DNA of 64,000 nt from Spirochaetia bacterium (GCA_963668545.1 OY764868.1:3312578-3376577), one strand, 5' to 3'. Counted from the stretch's first letter, positions 18,980 through 29,203 are shown. Translations and numbers: made by a program. Notes: a model not told the origin generated them from the sequence alone.

Positions 18980-19885
18980 ATGGCTGTAAAAAACAATATT
19001 TATGAAAAAATAATAGCTAATCTCCATGACGGGCTTTTCTTTGTAGACAAGGATGCAGTTATCACATACTGGAACAAGGCGGCTGAAAGGATAACGGGAT
19101 ACCCCAGAAACGAGGTACTCGGTAAATCATGCACTGAAAATTTTTTAAGCTACTATGATGAAGAGGGAAATATGGTTTCCGGAGACCTGTGTCCCATACA
19201 GACAACAATTTCAGACGGCATCCCGAGAGAGAGTGACCTTTATATTATACATAAAAACGGCAGCAGGATACCTGTATCTGTGAGGGTAAGCACTGTTAAG
19301 GACAGTAAAAACAGGATTACAGGAGCAATTGAGCTTTTTACAGATATCAGTACAAAAACAGTGAATGAACTCAGAATAAGGGAGCTTGAAAAAATAGCAC
19401 TTGTTGACAATCTTACTAAACTGGCAAACCGCCACTACATAGAAAAAGAGCTTAAAAGCAGGTTTGAGGAAAAAAAGCGTTTCAATATTCCGTTCGGGAT
19501 ACTTTTCGCGGATATTGATGATTTCAAGGAATTCAACGACAGATACGGACACCTTGCAGGGGATGAGGTATTAAAAAAGGTTGCTGAAGTTTTCGTTACT
19601 AATTCACGCCCTTTTGACCTTTTCGGAAGATGGGGGGGAGAGGAATTTATAGGAATCATCAGGAACATCAACGGCAGCGATCTTTATAATCTGGGAGAAA
19701 AGATGAGAAATCTTGTGTCTGAATCGAAAGTTGTCAAAAACGATGAAATGCTGAGGATTACAATATCCATAGGCGCAACCCTTGTAAAACAGGGTGACAG
19801 CATCAACAGCCTGATTGAAAGAGCAGACAGGCTCCTTTACAAAAGCAAGGACAGCGGGAAAAACATCCTGTCGTCAGATTTCTGA
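18980..19885 (+). CDS. PAS-domain diguanylate cyclase (GGDEF)
   Basis: N-terminal PAS fold (FFVDKDAVITYWNKAAERITGY). C-terminal GGDEF domain with an intact RWGGEEF active site and the RxxD upstream context. Confidence 0.85.
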   Translation: MAVKNNIYEKIIANLHDGLFFVDKDAVITYWNKAAERITGYPRNEVLGKSCTENFLSYYDEEGNMVSGDLCPIQTTISDGIPRESDLYIIHKNGSRIPVSVRVSTVKDSKNRITGAIELFTDISTKTVNELRIRELEKIALVDNLTKLANRHYIEKELKSRFEEKKRFNIPFGILFADIDDFKEFNDRYGHLAGDEVLKKVAEVFVTNSRPFDLFGRWGGEEFIGIIRNINGSDLYNLGEKMRNLVSESKVVKNDEMLRITISIGATLVKQGDSINSLIERADRLLYKSKDSGKNILSSDF

Positions 19886-19939
19886 GTCTATCTCTGATTT
19901 TTTAAACACAATGTTACATTCTCAAACTATAATAGAAAA

Positions 19940-20650
19940 ATGAAAAACAGAATTATTGCTTTTGATGCAGATGATACTTTATGGATCAACGAACCCTATT
20001 ACAGGGAAACAGAAAAGGAATTTGCCATTCTGGTTTCAGATTACTGTCAGGAGGATGAGGCAAACAGAGAACTGCTGAAAACGGAAATAGACAATATCCC
20101 GTTATACGGTTTCGGCGCCAAGGGCTTTACCCTTTCACTTATTGAAACTGCATTGAGGATCAGCAGCAACAGAATCAGTCAGAAAAAAATCAGTGCCATT
20201 ATTGATCTCTGTAAAAATCTCATCAACAGGCCGGTAATTCTCCTTGAAGGAGTTGAAGAGACACTTGAAGCACTCTACAGAAAGGGGTACGGGATGGTGG
20301 TTGCCACAAAGGGGGACCTTCTTGACCAGCAGAGAAAGCTGAAAAAATCGGGACTTGAAAAGTATTTTGACCACATTGAAATAATGAGTGATAAAAAGGA
20401 GACAGACTATCTCAGCCTGACTGAAAGACTCGGAATAAGAACTAAAAGCTTTATAATGATAGGGAACTCCCTTAAATCTGATATTCTCCCTGCTGTAAGG
20501 ATAGGAGCATCAGCAATCCATATCCCGTTTCACACTACCTGGCAGCATGAAATGGAGGACCCGTCACCAGCGGAAAAAGAGAAATATACAGAAGCAGAAT
20601 ATATTTCAGATGTAATAAGTATTCTTGAAAGTAAAAATTTCAGTAGATAA
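19940..20650 (+). CDS. HAD-superfamily hydrolase
   Basis: Motif I AFDADDTLW (DxDxT) and a downstream GNSxKSD motif. Confidence 0.75.
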   Translation: MKNRIIAFDADDTLWINEPYYRETEKEFAILVSDYCQEDEANRELLKTEIDNIPLYGFGAKGFTLSLIETALRISSNRISQKKISAIIDLCKNLINRPVILLEGVEETLEALYRKGYGMVVATKGDLLDQQRKLKKSGLEKYFDHIEIMSDKKETDYLSLTERLGIRTKSFIMIGNSLKSDILPAVRIGASAIHIPFHTTWQHEMEDPSPAEKEKYTEAEYISDVISILESKNFSR

Positions 20651-20725
20651 TTTTTATTTTCAGTTTCCGGGGAAAATGTTTTATAATTGAATACAGAATC
20701 CAGAAAGCTTACAGGGGGAATAAGA

Positions 20726-21247
20726 ATGAAAACAGCTGTTGTTTACAGATCAGTATCAGGTTTTACAAAGAAATATGCCCAGTGGATTTCGGAAGACCTT
20801 GGAGGAGACCTCTTTGAACTTTCACAGTTTTCAGGAAAGGTTTCAAGCAACTACGATTCAATTGTCTTCGGGGGACCGCTTCATGCTGCCGGGATTGCAG
20901 GACTCAAGTCATTCAAAAAAAAGATTAACCCGGGTAGCGGAAAAAAGGTAATTATCTTTGCATGCGGAGCATCCCCGGCTGATGAGAAAGTTCTTGGTGA
21001 AATCAGGACAAAAAATTTCTCTGTAACAGAAAAAAACAGAATTTCGTTTTATTACCTCAGAGGGGGATTTGACTTCAGCCGGCTTAATCCGGCAAACAAG
21101 ATCATAATGTCACTTTTCAGAAAGAGTCTTGAAAAGAAAAATGAAAAAACAGAAGAGGAGCAGGGAATGCTTGATTCCTATGAAAACCCTGTTGATTTTA
21201 CTGAAAAAGAAAATATAAGACCGATTATAGATGAACTGAGGGAATAA
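20726..21247 (+). CDS. Flavodoxin-like domain protein
   Basis: MKTAVVYRSVSGFTKKYAQ is a flavodoxin-type FMN-binding N-terminus. AGGGGGA RBS before the ATG at 20726; the track ORF starts at 20687. Confidence 0.6.
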   Translation: MKTAVVYRSVSGFTKKYAQWISEDLGGDLFELSQFSGKVSSNYDSIVFGGPLHAAGIAGLKSFKKKINPGSGKKVIIFACGASPADEKVLGEIRTKNFSVTEKNRISFYYLRGGFDFSRLNPANKIIMSLFRKSLEKKNEKTEEEQGMLDSYENPVDFTEKENIRPIIDELRE

Positions 21248-21297
21248 GGTAGAAAAAAGGCATATACCAATAACAGAGTTTCAATCAGGAGGTAATA

Positions 21298-21795
21298 ATG
21301 AATTTGAGAGATGTATTGAAAAAAGCAATTCAGGGAGAAATTGAGGGGAGAGAACTTTACAGGACAGCTTCTGAAAAAAGCAGTGATGAGAAGGCAAGGG
21401 AAGTTTTCGCATTTCTTGCCGAAGAAGAGGATTCCCATATAAAGGCTCTTCAGAATATTTTAAAATCCTACGCAGAAGACGAAGAATTGAAAATAGAGAT
21501 GCCTGAAAGAAAAATCACCCTGGATAATGCGGAAAATCCGATATTTTCAAAGAATTTCAGGGAAAGACTTGAAGGAAGACATTTTGAAATATCCGCTATT
21601 TCAATAGGGATGAAACTGGAAATGGATTCTTATAAATTCTATTCAGCCATGGCGGAAGAAGAATATGATATCAAGTTAAAGGAATTTTTCAGATCAATGT
21701 CTGAGTGGGAGAAATCACATTACAATGCACTCAGCAGGGAGATGGAATCACTGCAGAATGATTACTTTGAGAAAAACAATTTCGCCCCTTTTTAA
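21298..21795 (+). CDS. Ferritin-like/rubrerythrin-family diiron domain protein
   Basis: Two E...ExxH-like segments (EGRELY...EEEDSHIKAL and EMDSYKFY...EWEKSHYNAL). AGGAGG RBS upstream. Confidence 0.55.
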   Translation: MNLRDVLKKAIQGEIEGRELYRTASEKSSDEKAREVFAFLAEEEDSHIKALQNILKSYAEDEELKIEMPERKITLDNAENPIFSKNFRERLEGRHFEISAISIGMKLEMDSYKFYSAMAEEEYDIKLKEFFRSMSEWEKSHYNALSREMESLQNDYFEKNNFAPF

Positions 21796-21830
21796 AACTG
21801 CATTGCAGTCTTTTCTCCCAATATACATTA

Positions 21831-22694
21831 TCAGCCGGGCTGTATACAAAGGGAAGACTGCATAATTATATCTGTCCATTCATCTTCAGCAGCAGGTACG
21901 AATTTCAGAAGAAATCCGCCGTTATGACAGAACAGCCTTTCAGAAACTTCAGCCCTGGTGAAATCAATGTTATCATAGCCATGGTTTGTCCTGTAGAATG
22001 TCCTTGCCGATTCATTTTCTTCATCAAAAGAATAAACCGCATCTGCTTCATAATGGTCCACCAGATCCTTGTCTGAAGACCTGGCAGCCTGAAAAAGCCC
22101 TGAAGGGGGACGCCTGTTGTAAACAAGGACTTTCACACCGCAGTGTTCTGTCAGTTCAACATTGCCGTTTTCCGAGAGCCATTCAGATGCCTTTATCCGT
22201 TTTTCCTCAAAATCAATTTTTTCCCTGATTCCTTCCATGAAAAGACTGACAATGGAAAGGGGATTTTCCTCAAATGATTTCAGCAGAATATTCTGTGAAA
22301 AGGAAAAATATCTCCGGCTCTCTGAGGATGTCTCAAAATCAGCAAGAGCCTTCTGACCTTTTGTATCTACTGCTGATACAAGCTTTATATATTCATGTAA
22401 CCGGCTTTCTGAAAGCAGAGGGAAATACTGTTCAAAAACAAGCCCTGCCGAAGAGGGAAGATCAGCATCCTGATGATGGTCAAACATCAGCTTTTCAGAA
22501 TCATAAACAAGACCGCAGTCGATAAAATATGTATCTTTTTCAGATCCGAGTGAAGAGGCAAGAGATACCGCCTCATGGGGGCTGACTCTTTCTACAGACC
22601 CGGGAAGTTCGTTTCTGTATACTGCTATCAGCGATATTGCAAGCAGTTCATCCATATGAGCTTTACCATTGTGAGTAATTATTCTGTATGCCAT
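21831..22694 (-). CDS. MYG1/UPF0160 family metal-dependent hydrolase
   Basis: ITHNGKAHMDELLA signature (HNGxFHxDE) at the N-terminus and a later DHHQ motif. Confidence 0.75.
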   Translation of the reverse strand: MAYRIITHNGKAHMDELLAISLIAVYRNELPGSVERVSPHEAVSLASSLGSEKDTYFIDCGLVYDSEKLMFDHHQDADLPSSAGLVFEQYFPLLSESRLHEYIKLVSAVDTKGQKALADFETSSESRRYFSFSQNILLKSFEENPLSIVSLFMEGIREKIDFEEKRIKASEWLSENGNVELTEHCGVKVLVYNRRPPSGLFQAARSSDKDLVDHYEADAVYSFDEENESARTFYRTNHGYDNIDFTRAEVSERLFCHNGGFLLKFVPAAEDEWTDIIMQSSLCIQPG

Positions 22695-22859
22695 TTATTC
22701 TCCGGTCATGTTCTATTTCTGTTACAGCAGGTTTGGTGTATACAAGTTTCCTGTCTGGGGATAAAATAATATAAAGGAAAAACCCATGAATTTGAATACT
22801 TCAGCTTTTTTAAAAAGCTTTTTTTTAAATTGATTCACAAATGCTGAAGGGGAGTAATT

Positions 22860-23486
22860 TTGAATACAGAAAAACTGAAAACTGCTGAAAAATTATTTTT
22901 CAGAAAATATCCGGAAGGGTTTGATTCACAGGAGATGAAGGAAATAGCCAGGAAGCACAAGCCGGAAAAGATGCACAGGATGGCAAGGGAACTGTTCAGC
23001 AGGGAAGTCTTTTCAGATACTCAGCAGATTACGGAAAACATGATAAAAACAGTAACAAGGTCTTCAATGGTTTCTGTATTTGAAAAACCGAGATTCAGGG
23101 ATTACGTAAGATCACTGGATAAAGGAGAAAAACTGATTCTTGCAAAAGGGCTTGAAGATTTTCTCTACAATGATCAGGAAGCGGGATTTTCTGCAATGGT
23201 GGATATTCTTACACCTGGAAAAATTGCAAAATGGCCTGTGATAACAGTAATACCGGAATATTTCAATCCCGGATGGGAAATATTTGTAAAGCCGACAACC
23301 GCAAAAGGAGTTCTTTCCTTCTTTGAAATAGATGATCCAGTCTACAGGCCAAGACCGGATTTTGATTTCTACAGAAAATACAGAGATGTAATAAACAGCA
23401 TGAAAAAAGAGGTTTCAGAATCACTCTCCCCTTCAAATGCAGCATTCTGCGGCTTTCTCATGATGAGTATGGATCCGGAGGAATAA
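22860..23486 (+). CDS. Hypothetical protein (TTG start), first gene of the permease/methyltransferase module
   Basis: 208 aa, no recognisable motif. GAAGGGGA RBS before the TTG at 22860. Stop lies 7 nt before the next gene. Confidence 0.35.
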   Translation: MNTEKLKTAEKLFFRKYPEGFDSQEMKEIARKHKPEKMHRMARELFSREVFSDTQQITENMIKTVTRSSMVSVFEKPRFRDYVRSLDKGEKLILAKGLEDFLYNDQEAGFSAMVDILTPGKIAKWPVITVIPEYFNPGWEIFVKPTTAKGVLSFFEIDDPVYRPRPDFDFYRKYRDVINSMKKEVSESLSPSNAAFCGFLMMSMDPEE

Positions 23487-23492
23487 CTGAAA

Positions 23493-23978
23493 ATGAAAAT
23501 TCTATTCATATTAACTGCAGCCTGTGTCATTGCATCATTTGTAAAAGACAGAAAAAAAACAAAACAGGCTTTTAAGAAAGCATTTAAGAAATTTGAGAAA
23601 ATGGTTCCCCCTTTTTTTACAATGATAATTGCAATATCGATAGTACTTTATTTTCTCTCTGACGAAGCACTCCTTAAGATACTCGACAATGACAACCGCC
23701 TTCTCTCAGTGATACTTGCATCTCTTCTGGGTTCTGTATCTTTCATGCCTGGATTTATAACCTATCCACTGTGCGGCCTTCTTCTCCAAAAAGGGGTAAC
23801 ATACACAGTGCTTTCCGCATTCACCACAACACTGATGATGGTTGGAGTTCTAACCTACCCTGTTGAAAAAGCCTATTTCGGAAACAGAGTAACAATAATA
23901 AGAAATCTTGCAGGTTTTGCTACAGCACTTATTGTTGCTCTTGCAACAGGACTTGTTTTCGGAGAACTCATGCAATGA
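23493..23978 (+). CDS. Permease subunit, DUF318/two-component membrane permease family (N-terminal half)
   Basis: 161 aa, 4-5 TM helices. Stop overlaps the next permease gene by 4 nt. Confidence 0.55.
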   Translation: MKILFILTAACVIASFVKDRKKTKQAFKKAFKKFEKMVPPFFTMIIAISIVLYFLSDEALLKILDNDNRLLSVILASLLGSVSFMPGFITYPLCGLLLQKGVTYTVLSAFTTTLMMVGVLTYPVEKAYFGNRVTIIRNLAGFATALIVALATGLVFGELMQ

Positions 23979-24496
23979 AAAAGAATTTGATTATCAAAGT
24001 TATAATTATACTGCTTTACGGATGCTTTCTTGCATGGTCTTTTTTTACAGATTTTACTCCGGGCATTAAAATCGGAAAAACTTTTTCACATTTTTTATCA
24101 GATATGGTAAGCATTATTCCATGTGTTTTCATACTGCTGGGACTTTTCGAGGTATGGGTAAAACGGGAAACAGTTGAAAAACATCTCGGAGAGAAATCCT
24201 CTTTTCTCAGCTACCTCTGGGTCATCCTGCTTGCAGGGACAACTGTGGGGGGGCTTTACCTCGCTTTTCCCGTCGCATATACAATTTATAAAAAGGGGGC
24301 AAGGCTTTCAGTCATATTTACATATATAGGAGCTTCTGCCGTATGCAGGATTCCCATGACAACTTTTGAAGCCTCCTTTCTGGGACTGAAGTTTACCCTT
24401 GTGAGGTTGCTTGTTTCGATTCCGCTGATAATTATCAGTTCCCTGATAATGGAAAAATTTCTGGCAGGGAGAAACTTTGAAATAAAAGAGGGATGA
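23975..24496 (+). CDS. Permease subunit, DUF318/two-component membrane permease family (C-terminal half)
   Basis: 173 aa, 4-5 TM helices, with a conserved-looking GASAVCRIP segment. Overlaps both neighbours by 4 nt. Confidence 0.55.
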   Translation: MKKNLIIKVIIILLYGCFLAWSFFTDFTPGIKIGKTFSHFLSDMVSIIPCVFILLGLFEVWVKRETVEKHLGEKSSFLSYLWVILLAGTTVGGLYLAFPVAYTIYKKGARLSVIFTYIGASAVCRIPMTTFEASFLGLKFTLVRLLVSIPLIIISSLIMEKFLAGRNFEIKEG

Positions 24497-25170
24497 TAAT
24501 GATTAAAGAAGGTATTTCTGTTGTAAGGAAAAAAGAAATAAACTATCTGAAGATTGATGGAAAAATCATGAAATTCAAACCATGGCTGGGGGACCTTCTA
24601 TCCTTCCATTATGATGCAATAATGAAAAAATCAATCTTTCCCAAAAAATTCAATGCGGATATCAAAAAGCATGAAAAAAATCTGGAAAACATTTACAGCG
24701 CAATACAGGACTCAACAGTTCTTGAACTAGCATGCGGCAGCGGAAATCTGTCAAATCTTCTGAACCGGAACAACCGGTATTCAGGAGTTGACATAAGTCC
24801 GGGACTTATAAGAATTGCTTTCAAAAAATTCATATCTGCAGGATTTGACAAGCCGCAATTCTATATTTCTGATGCTGCTAATCTCCCTTTCACAGATGAT
24901 TATTTTGATATCTGCATCTGCAATCTTTCTCTTAATTTTTTCCAGGATACAGCAGCGGCTGCAGAGGAGATTAAAAGAATAATAAAACCAGGCGGTGCAT
25001 TTTACTGCAGTGTCCCTGTCCCTGAAAGAAAACCGGCAAAAAGCATTATAAGGGGAACACTTCCTTCTGCAGCAGAACTTGAGACTGTATTTACCAATGC
25101 AGGATTCAGTTTCACAGAATATAATATTATAAACGGAGCAGTTTTTTATTTTAAAGCCGTAAAAAAATGA
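24493..25170 (+). CDS. Class I SAM-dependent methyltransferase (Methyltransf_11-like)
   Basis: Motif I VLELACGSGNLS, motif II ISDAANLPF and post-II IKPGGAFY. Translationally coupled to the permease genes. Confidence 0.75.
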   Translation: MIMIKEGISVVRKKEINYLKIDGKIMKFKPWLGDLLSFHYDAIMKKSIFPKKFNADIKKHEKNLENIYSAIQDSTVLELACGSGNLSNLLNRNNRYSGVDISPGLIRIAFKKFISAGFDKPQFYISDAANLPFTDDYFDICICNLSLNFFQDTAAAAEEIKRIIKPGGAFYCSVPVPERKPAKSIIRGTLPSAAELETVFTNAGFSFTEYNIINGAVFYFKAVKK

Positions 25171-25342
25171 AATGAGTTCCAGAAATTTTTCAGGAAATAA
25201 AACATTATACCTTTTTCTTTTATTTATTCTGATCTCTTCATCAGGATGGAAAAAGAGAAGCCTGATCAGGGACATGATCCTGATGAGATGAGAACACTGC
25301 TTTACATGATCTGCAATGCAAAGCTGGAAAAACCGAAACAAT

Positions 25343-25375
25343 AAAAAAAGGCTGTCTTAGACAGCCCTTTTAAAA
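25343..25375 (-). terminator. Rho-independent terminator ending the minus-strand ABC transporter operon
   Basis: Stem ggctgtc / gacagcc with a 3-nt loop. On the minus strand it is followed by a U7 tract (plus-strand aaaaaaa at 25343-25349). Lies 20 nt after the permease stop. Confidence 0.7.
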
Positions 25376-25386
25376 CAACCTGTATA

Positions 25387-26313
25387 TTATCTTTCTCCCC
25401 TGATATAGGGCTCACCCAGATGGGCCGGAGCATTCATCTTCCTGTGCCCCTCCTTGCTGATACCGTAAATAAAGAGAACTGCCAGAGTTGTCAGGTAGGG
25501 AAGCATTCCGAGAAAGTTGGGAGAGATCCCGAGCGGCTGGAGAAGATACTGAAGAACAAAAATGCCTCCGAATATATAGGCTCCCGCAAATGCCTTTCTC
25601 GGGTCCCACATGGCGAAAATAGTGAGTGCAACTACTATCCAGCCCCTTCCTGCAGTCATACCCTCTATCCATGATTTGCTGTAGGCAATTGAAAGATGGG
25701 ATCCTGCAAGCCCTGAAAATGCCCCCCCTGTCATTACGCACAGATACTGCACAACCGAGGCATTAACACCCTGGGTTTCCGCAGCTCTGGGATTCTCCCC
25801 GACAGTCCTTACAGCTATGCCGCCTCTTGTATTGAAAAGGAAAAACCAGGCAGCAATTCCGAGAAAGACTGAAATATAGAAATAGGGATCCTGGTTAAAA
25901 AGTATATCTCCCACTAAAGGGATATCACCAAGAACAGGAATCTTTACAGCAGACATTTTCATTTCAAGTGGTTTGCCGATATAAGGTTTCCCCCAGAGGC
26001 CGCTGATACCAAGCCCGAGCATAGTCAGGGCAAGCCCTGAGACAACCTGGTTTGCCTTCAGCGTAATGCTTACAAAACCGTGGACAAGAGAAATCAGAGC
26101 ACCCATGACAATGGAAGCAAACATACCCAGCCAGGGGTTCCCTGTTGTAAAAGTTACAATAAAGCCTGAAACAGCCCCGACTGCCATCATCCCTTCAATT
26201 CCCAGGTTCATTATACCCCCCCGCTGTGTTATAACTTCTCCTACAGTTCCGAGAAGAAGAGGGGTCCCTGCAATAAGAGTCCTTTTTAATATTGATATAA
26301 TTATCTGTTCCAT
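25387..26313 (-). CDS. ABC transporter permease (BMP/nucleoside-type, branched-chain-like permease family)
   Basis: 308 aa polytopic membrane protein. Overlaps the upstream permease gene by 13 nt. Confidence 0.8.
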   Translation of the reverse strand: MEQIIISILKRTLIAGTPLLLGTVGEVITQRGGIMNLGIEGMMAVGAVSGFIVTFTTGNPWLGMFASIVMGALISLVHGFVSITLKANQVVSGLALTMLGLGISGLWGKPYIGKPLEMKMSAVKIPVLGDIPLVGDILFNQDPYFYISVFLGIAAWFFLFNTRGGIAVRTVGENPRAAETQGVNASVVQYLCVMTGGAFSGLAGSHLSIAYSKSWIEGMTAGRGWIVVALTIFAMWDPRKAFAGAYIFGGIFVLQYLLQPLGISPNFLGMLPYLTTLAVLFIYGISKEGHRKMNAPAHLGEPYIRGER

Positions 26314-27419
26314 TTTTTACCTATCCTGATAAATGAAATCCTGTTTCTCTGGAAGTACTCCCCCATTATGAGAAAGACAAGAATTATCCCGTTAAACACG
26401 TTAACAGTGGCTGCCGGAAGATTCAGGGAAATCTGTATCGCATCTCCCCCCACAAGGATTCCTGCAAAGAAAAGCCCCGATATTATAACAAGCACAGGGT
26501 TAAGCCGGGCAAGCCATGCAACAATAATTGCGGTAAAACCGTAACCGGAGCTGATTGACTCGGGGTATGTCAGGTGATGATGAATTCCGGCAACTTCGCC
26601 CACCCCGGCTACACCAGCAAGCCCGCCGCTTATAACCATCATAAGAACAGTTGTCCTGAAAAAGTCTATCCCCGCATATCGGGCAGCTTCCTGGTTTTCC
26701 CCGATAACGCGGACCTCATAGCCGAATCGTGTTCTGAACAGAAGAAAGAAAAGAAAAACAACTGCAGCAACAGCAATTACAAGAGTAATTATATGTATCC
26801 TCGATCCGGGCAGTATTGAAAGCATTGCAGATTCAGGAAAATCATCTGTATATGGATAACCGAACTGGGTTTTTCCTTTCCACGGCCCTATTACAAGCAT
26901 CTTGATAAATTCTGCTGCAACATAGTTAAGCATCAGGGTGGATATAACCTCATTAATCCCGAAACGGACCCTGAGAAGAGCCGGGATTATTCCCCAGAGA
27001 GCACCTCCGACAAATCCCCCTGCAAACATCAGAGGAACAGCAGCTCCTCCCGGAAGGAAGGGGCCCCATCTCAGAGCTATCCATGTAGCTGCTGCAGCTC
27101 CTGCAAGCAGCTGGCTCTCCGCTCCGATATTCCAGAACTTCCCCCTGTAAACTACAGTAAGCCCCCCTGCTATCAGTATAAGGGGAATTGCCTTGGTTAT
27201 AGTTTCCTTGAATCCGTACATGCTGCCGAAAGAACCTGAGAATATTCTGAATATTGCATAAAAGGGATTTATCCCTTTCAGAAGAAAAATAAGTCCTATT
27301 ACTGAAAGACCGGCCAGAAGAGAAATCAGAGCGATAAGTGATGAAACCCACCCTTTTATCTCTTCCCGGGGAGCCACATCAATCTTATAATTTAACAGCG
27401 AACCAGTTATGCCTTTCAT
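26301..27419 (-). CDS. ABC transporter permease (BMP/nucleoside-type)
   Basis: 372 aa polytopic membrane protein. Start overlaps the ATPase stop by 4 nt. Confidence 0.8.
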   Translation of the reverse strand: MKGITGSLLNYKIDVAPREEIKGWVSSLIALISLLAGLSVIGLIFLLKGINPFYAIFRIFSGSFGSMYGFKETITKAIPLILIAGGLTVVYRGKFWNIGAESQLLAGAAAATWIALRWGPFLPGGAAVPLMFAGGFVGGALWGIIPALLRVRFGINEVISTLMLNYVAAEFIKMLVIGPWKGKTQFGYPYTDDFPESAMLSILPGSRIHIITLVIAVAAVVFLFFLLFRTRFGYEVRVIGENQEAARYAGIDFFRTTVLMMVISGGLAGVAGVGEVAGIHHHLTYPESISSGYGFTAIIVAWLARLNPVLVIISGLFFAGILVGGDAIQISLNLPAATVNVFNGIILVFLIMGEYFQRNRISFIRIGKKWNR

Positions 27420-28981
27420 TTATCAGCTCCGTTATCTTTATTATCTGTCCTGCAGTTATTCTCACTATCAAGCCTCAAGGATCCAGTCATCATAAGTCCA
27501 ATATCCTTGATACTGGAATCACCTGCAGAAAGTACTCCCATGAACTCACCCTTGAAAATTACAGCAATCCTGTCGCAGATTTCAAAAAGTTCTTCAAGGT
27601 CTTCAGAGACAAGGAGGACACCTCCCCCCTCTTCCCGCCGGTTGAGAATCTGCTTCCTGATATATTCTGTAGCACCTATATCAAGTCCATAAGTCGGATG
27701 CGAGGCAACAAGAAGAGCAGGCTTGCTTTCAATCTCGCGCCCGATTATAAGCTTCTGGATATTCCCCCCTGAAAGGGATTTTACCGGGACATTGATTGAC
27801 GGGGCTGCAATATTGAATTTCTCTACAATATTGGTTGTATGCTCCTTGATAAGATCATAGTCAAGAAAAAGAAGCCTTGAAAAAGGGCTTGAATGGTGTT
27901 TTTTAAGGATAGCATTTTCATAGATAAAAAGGTTAGGGACTATTCCGAATTTGATCCTTTCTTCCGGAACATGTGTAATGCCCCGTGTATTTACAACCCT
28001 TGCAGATTCATTGGTAATTGTATCATCCTCAAGCATTATACTTCCCGAGTGGCTTTTCCTGAGCCCTGTAATCGCCTCAACCAGCTCTCTCTGGCCGTTC
28101 CCGGAAACACCGGCTATACCGAAAACCTCGTTTCTGTAAACCGAGAAGTTGAGATTGTTTACCGCCTTATTACCCCTGTCTCCGAGAACCACAAGGTTAT
28201 TTACCTCAAGAACTTTATCCCCCTGAGGCATGGGTTTCTTGTCAAAGGTCAGAAAGACATCCCTTCCAACCATCATCCTGGCAAGCTCCTTTTTATCTAT
28301 ATCACTTACAAGAGCTTCCCCGACAGTCTCCCCTTTTCTCAGTACAGTTACACGGTTGCATATACTCATAATCTCATCAAGCTTATGGCTTATAAGAATT
28401 ATTGAATGACCTTCCTCTGTCATCCTTCGAATAATCTCAAAAAGATCATCCGATTCCTGAGGAGTAAGAACACTGGTAGGTTCATCCATTATAAGAAGGT
28501 CAGCTTCAAGAAACAGTGCTTTCAGAATCTCCACCTTCTGCTGCTCCCCTGCTGAAAGCTGCCAGATCTTCTTATCCGGATCAACCTCCATCCCGTACTG
28601 TCTGGAAATTCTGAGGATCTTTTCACGGATATATTTCTTTGGAAAGAAAAAGGGTACATCCTGGAATCCAAGGGCAATATTCTCTGCAACTGAGTGGTTC
28701 TGAACAAGCATGAAATGCTGATGTATCATCCCGATACCGGAGCCCATACTGTCTTTTGGAGATTTTATCCTGACAGACTTGTCATTGATCAGAATCTCAC
28801 CATCATCAGGTTTATAAAGGCCGTACAGAATATTCATCAGAGTTGTCTTGCCTGCACCGTTTTCTCCGAGCAGCCCCAGAACTTCTCCTGATTTGATCTT
28901 CAGGTTGATATTTTTATTTGCATAAAATCCGTGAAAGGATTTGGAAATTCCCCTCATTTCAAGGGTTTTTATTCTATGCAC
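27416..28981 (-). CDS. ABC transporter ATP-binding protein with duplicated ATPase domains (sugar/nucleoside type)
   Basis: Two Walker A motifs (GENGAGKTT, GVSGNGQRE), signature LSGGEQQ / LSGGNIQ and Walker B LLIMDEPT. Likely GTG start at 28981 with an AGGAGA RBS; the track ORF extends to 29053. Confidence 0.85.
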   Translation of the reverse strand: MHRIKTLEMRGISKSFHGFYANKNINLKIKSGEVLGLLGENGAGKTTLMNILYGLYKPDDGEILINDKSVRIKSPKDSMGSGIGMIHQHFMLVQNHSVAENIALGFQDVPFFFPKKYIREKILRISRQYGMEVDPDKKIWQLSAGEQQKVEILKALFLEADLLIMDEPTSVLTPQESDDLFEIIRRMTEEGHSIILISHKLDEIMSICNRVTVLRKGETVGEALVSDIDKKELARMMVGRDVFLTFDKKPMPQGDKVLEVNNLVVLGDRGNKAVNNLNFSVYRNEVFGIAGVSGNGQRELVEAITGLRKSHSGSIMLEDDTITNESARVVNTRGITHVPEERIKFGIVPNLFIYENAILKKHHSSPFSRLLFLDYDLIKEHTTNIVEKFNIAAPSINVPVKSLSGGNIQKLIIGREIESKPALLVASHPTYGLDIGATEYIRKQILNRREEGGGVLLVSEDLEELFEICDRIAVIFKGEFMGVLSAGDSSIKDIGLMMTGSLRLDSENNCRTDNKDNGADK

Positions 28982-29203
28982 AAGATTTTCTCCTGATTTT
29001 GTAATGGAAAAAGACCCGGAAACAAATAAAACAGTATAAGAGAAATAAATCACTTACAGATAAAGATATAGCATTACCGGGAATAATAACAAATAATATT
29101 CAAATATTTGAAAATCATCAAGAATAAAGAAAAGAGCATTCTCTGTTTTTTACATTGAGATATAGAAATCTGCTTAAGTTCAGATAAAAACGGGAGCTGA
29201 CAA

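Noticed and set aside
25171-25342. Short ORF (MKMSSRNFSGNKTLYLFLLFILISSSGWKKRSLIRDMILMR) after the methyltransferase
   Set aside because: It overlaps the methyltransferase stop, has no RBS and is not recognisably conserved. It is probably non-coding 3' UTR ahead of the terminator.
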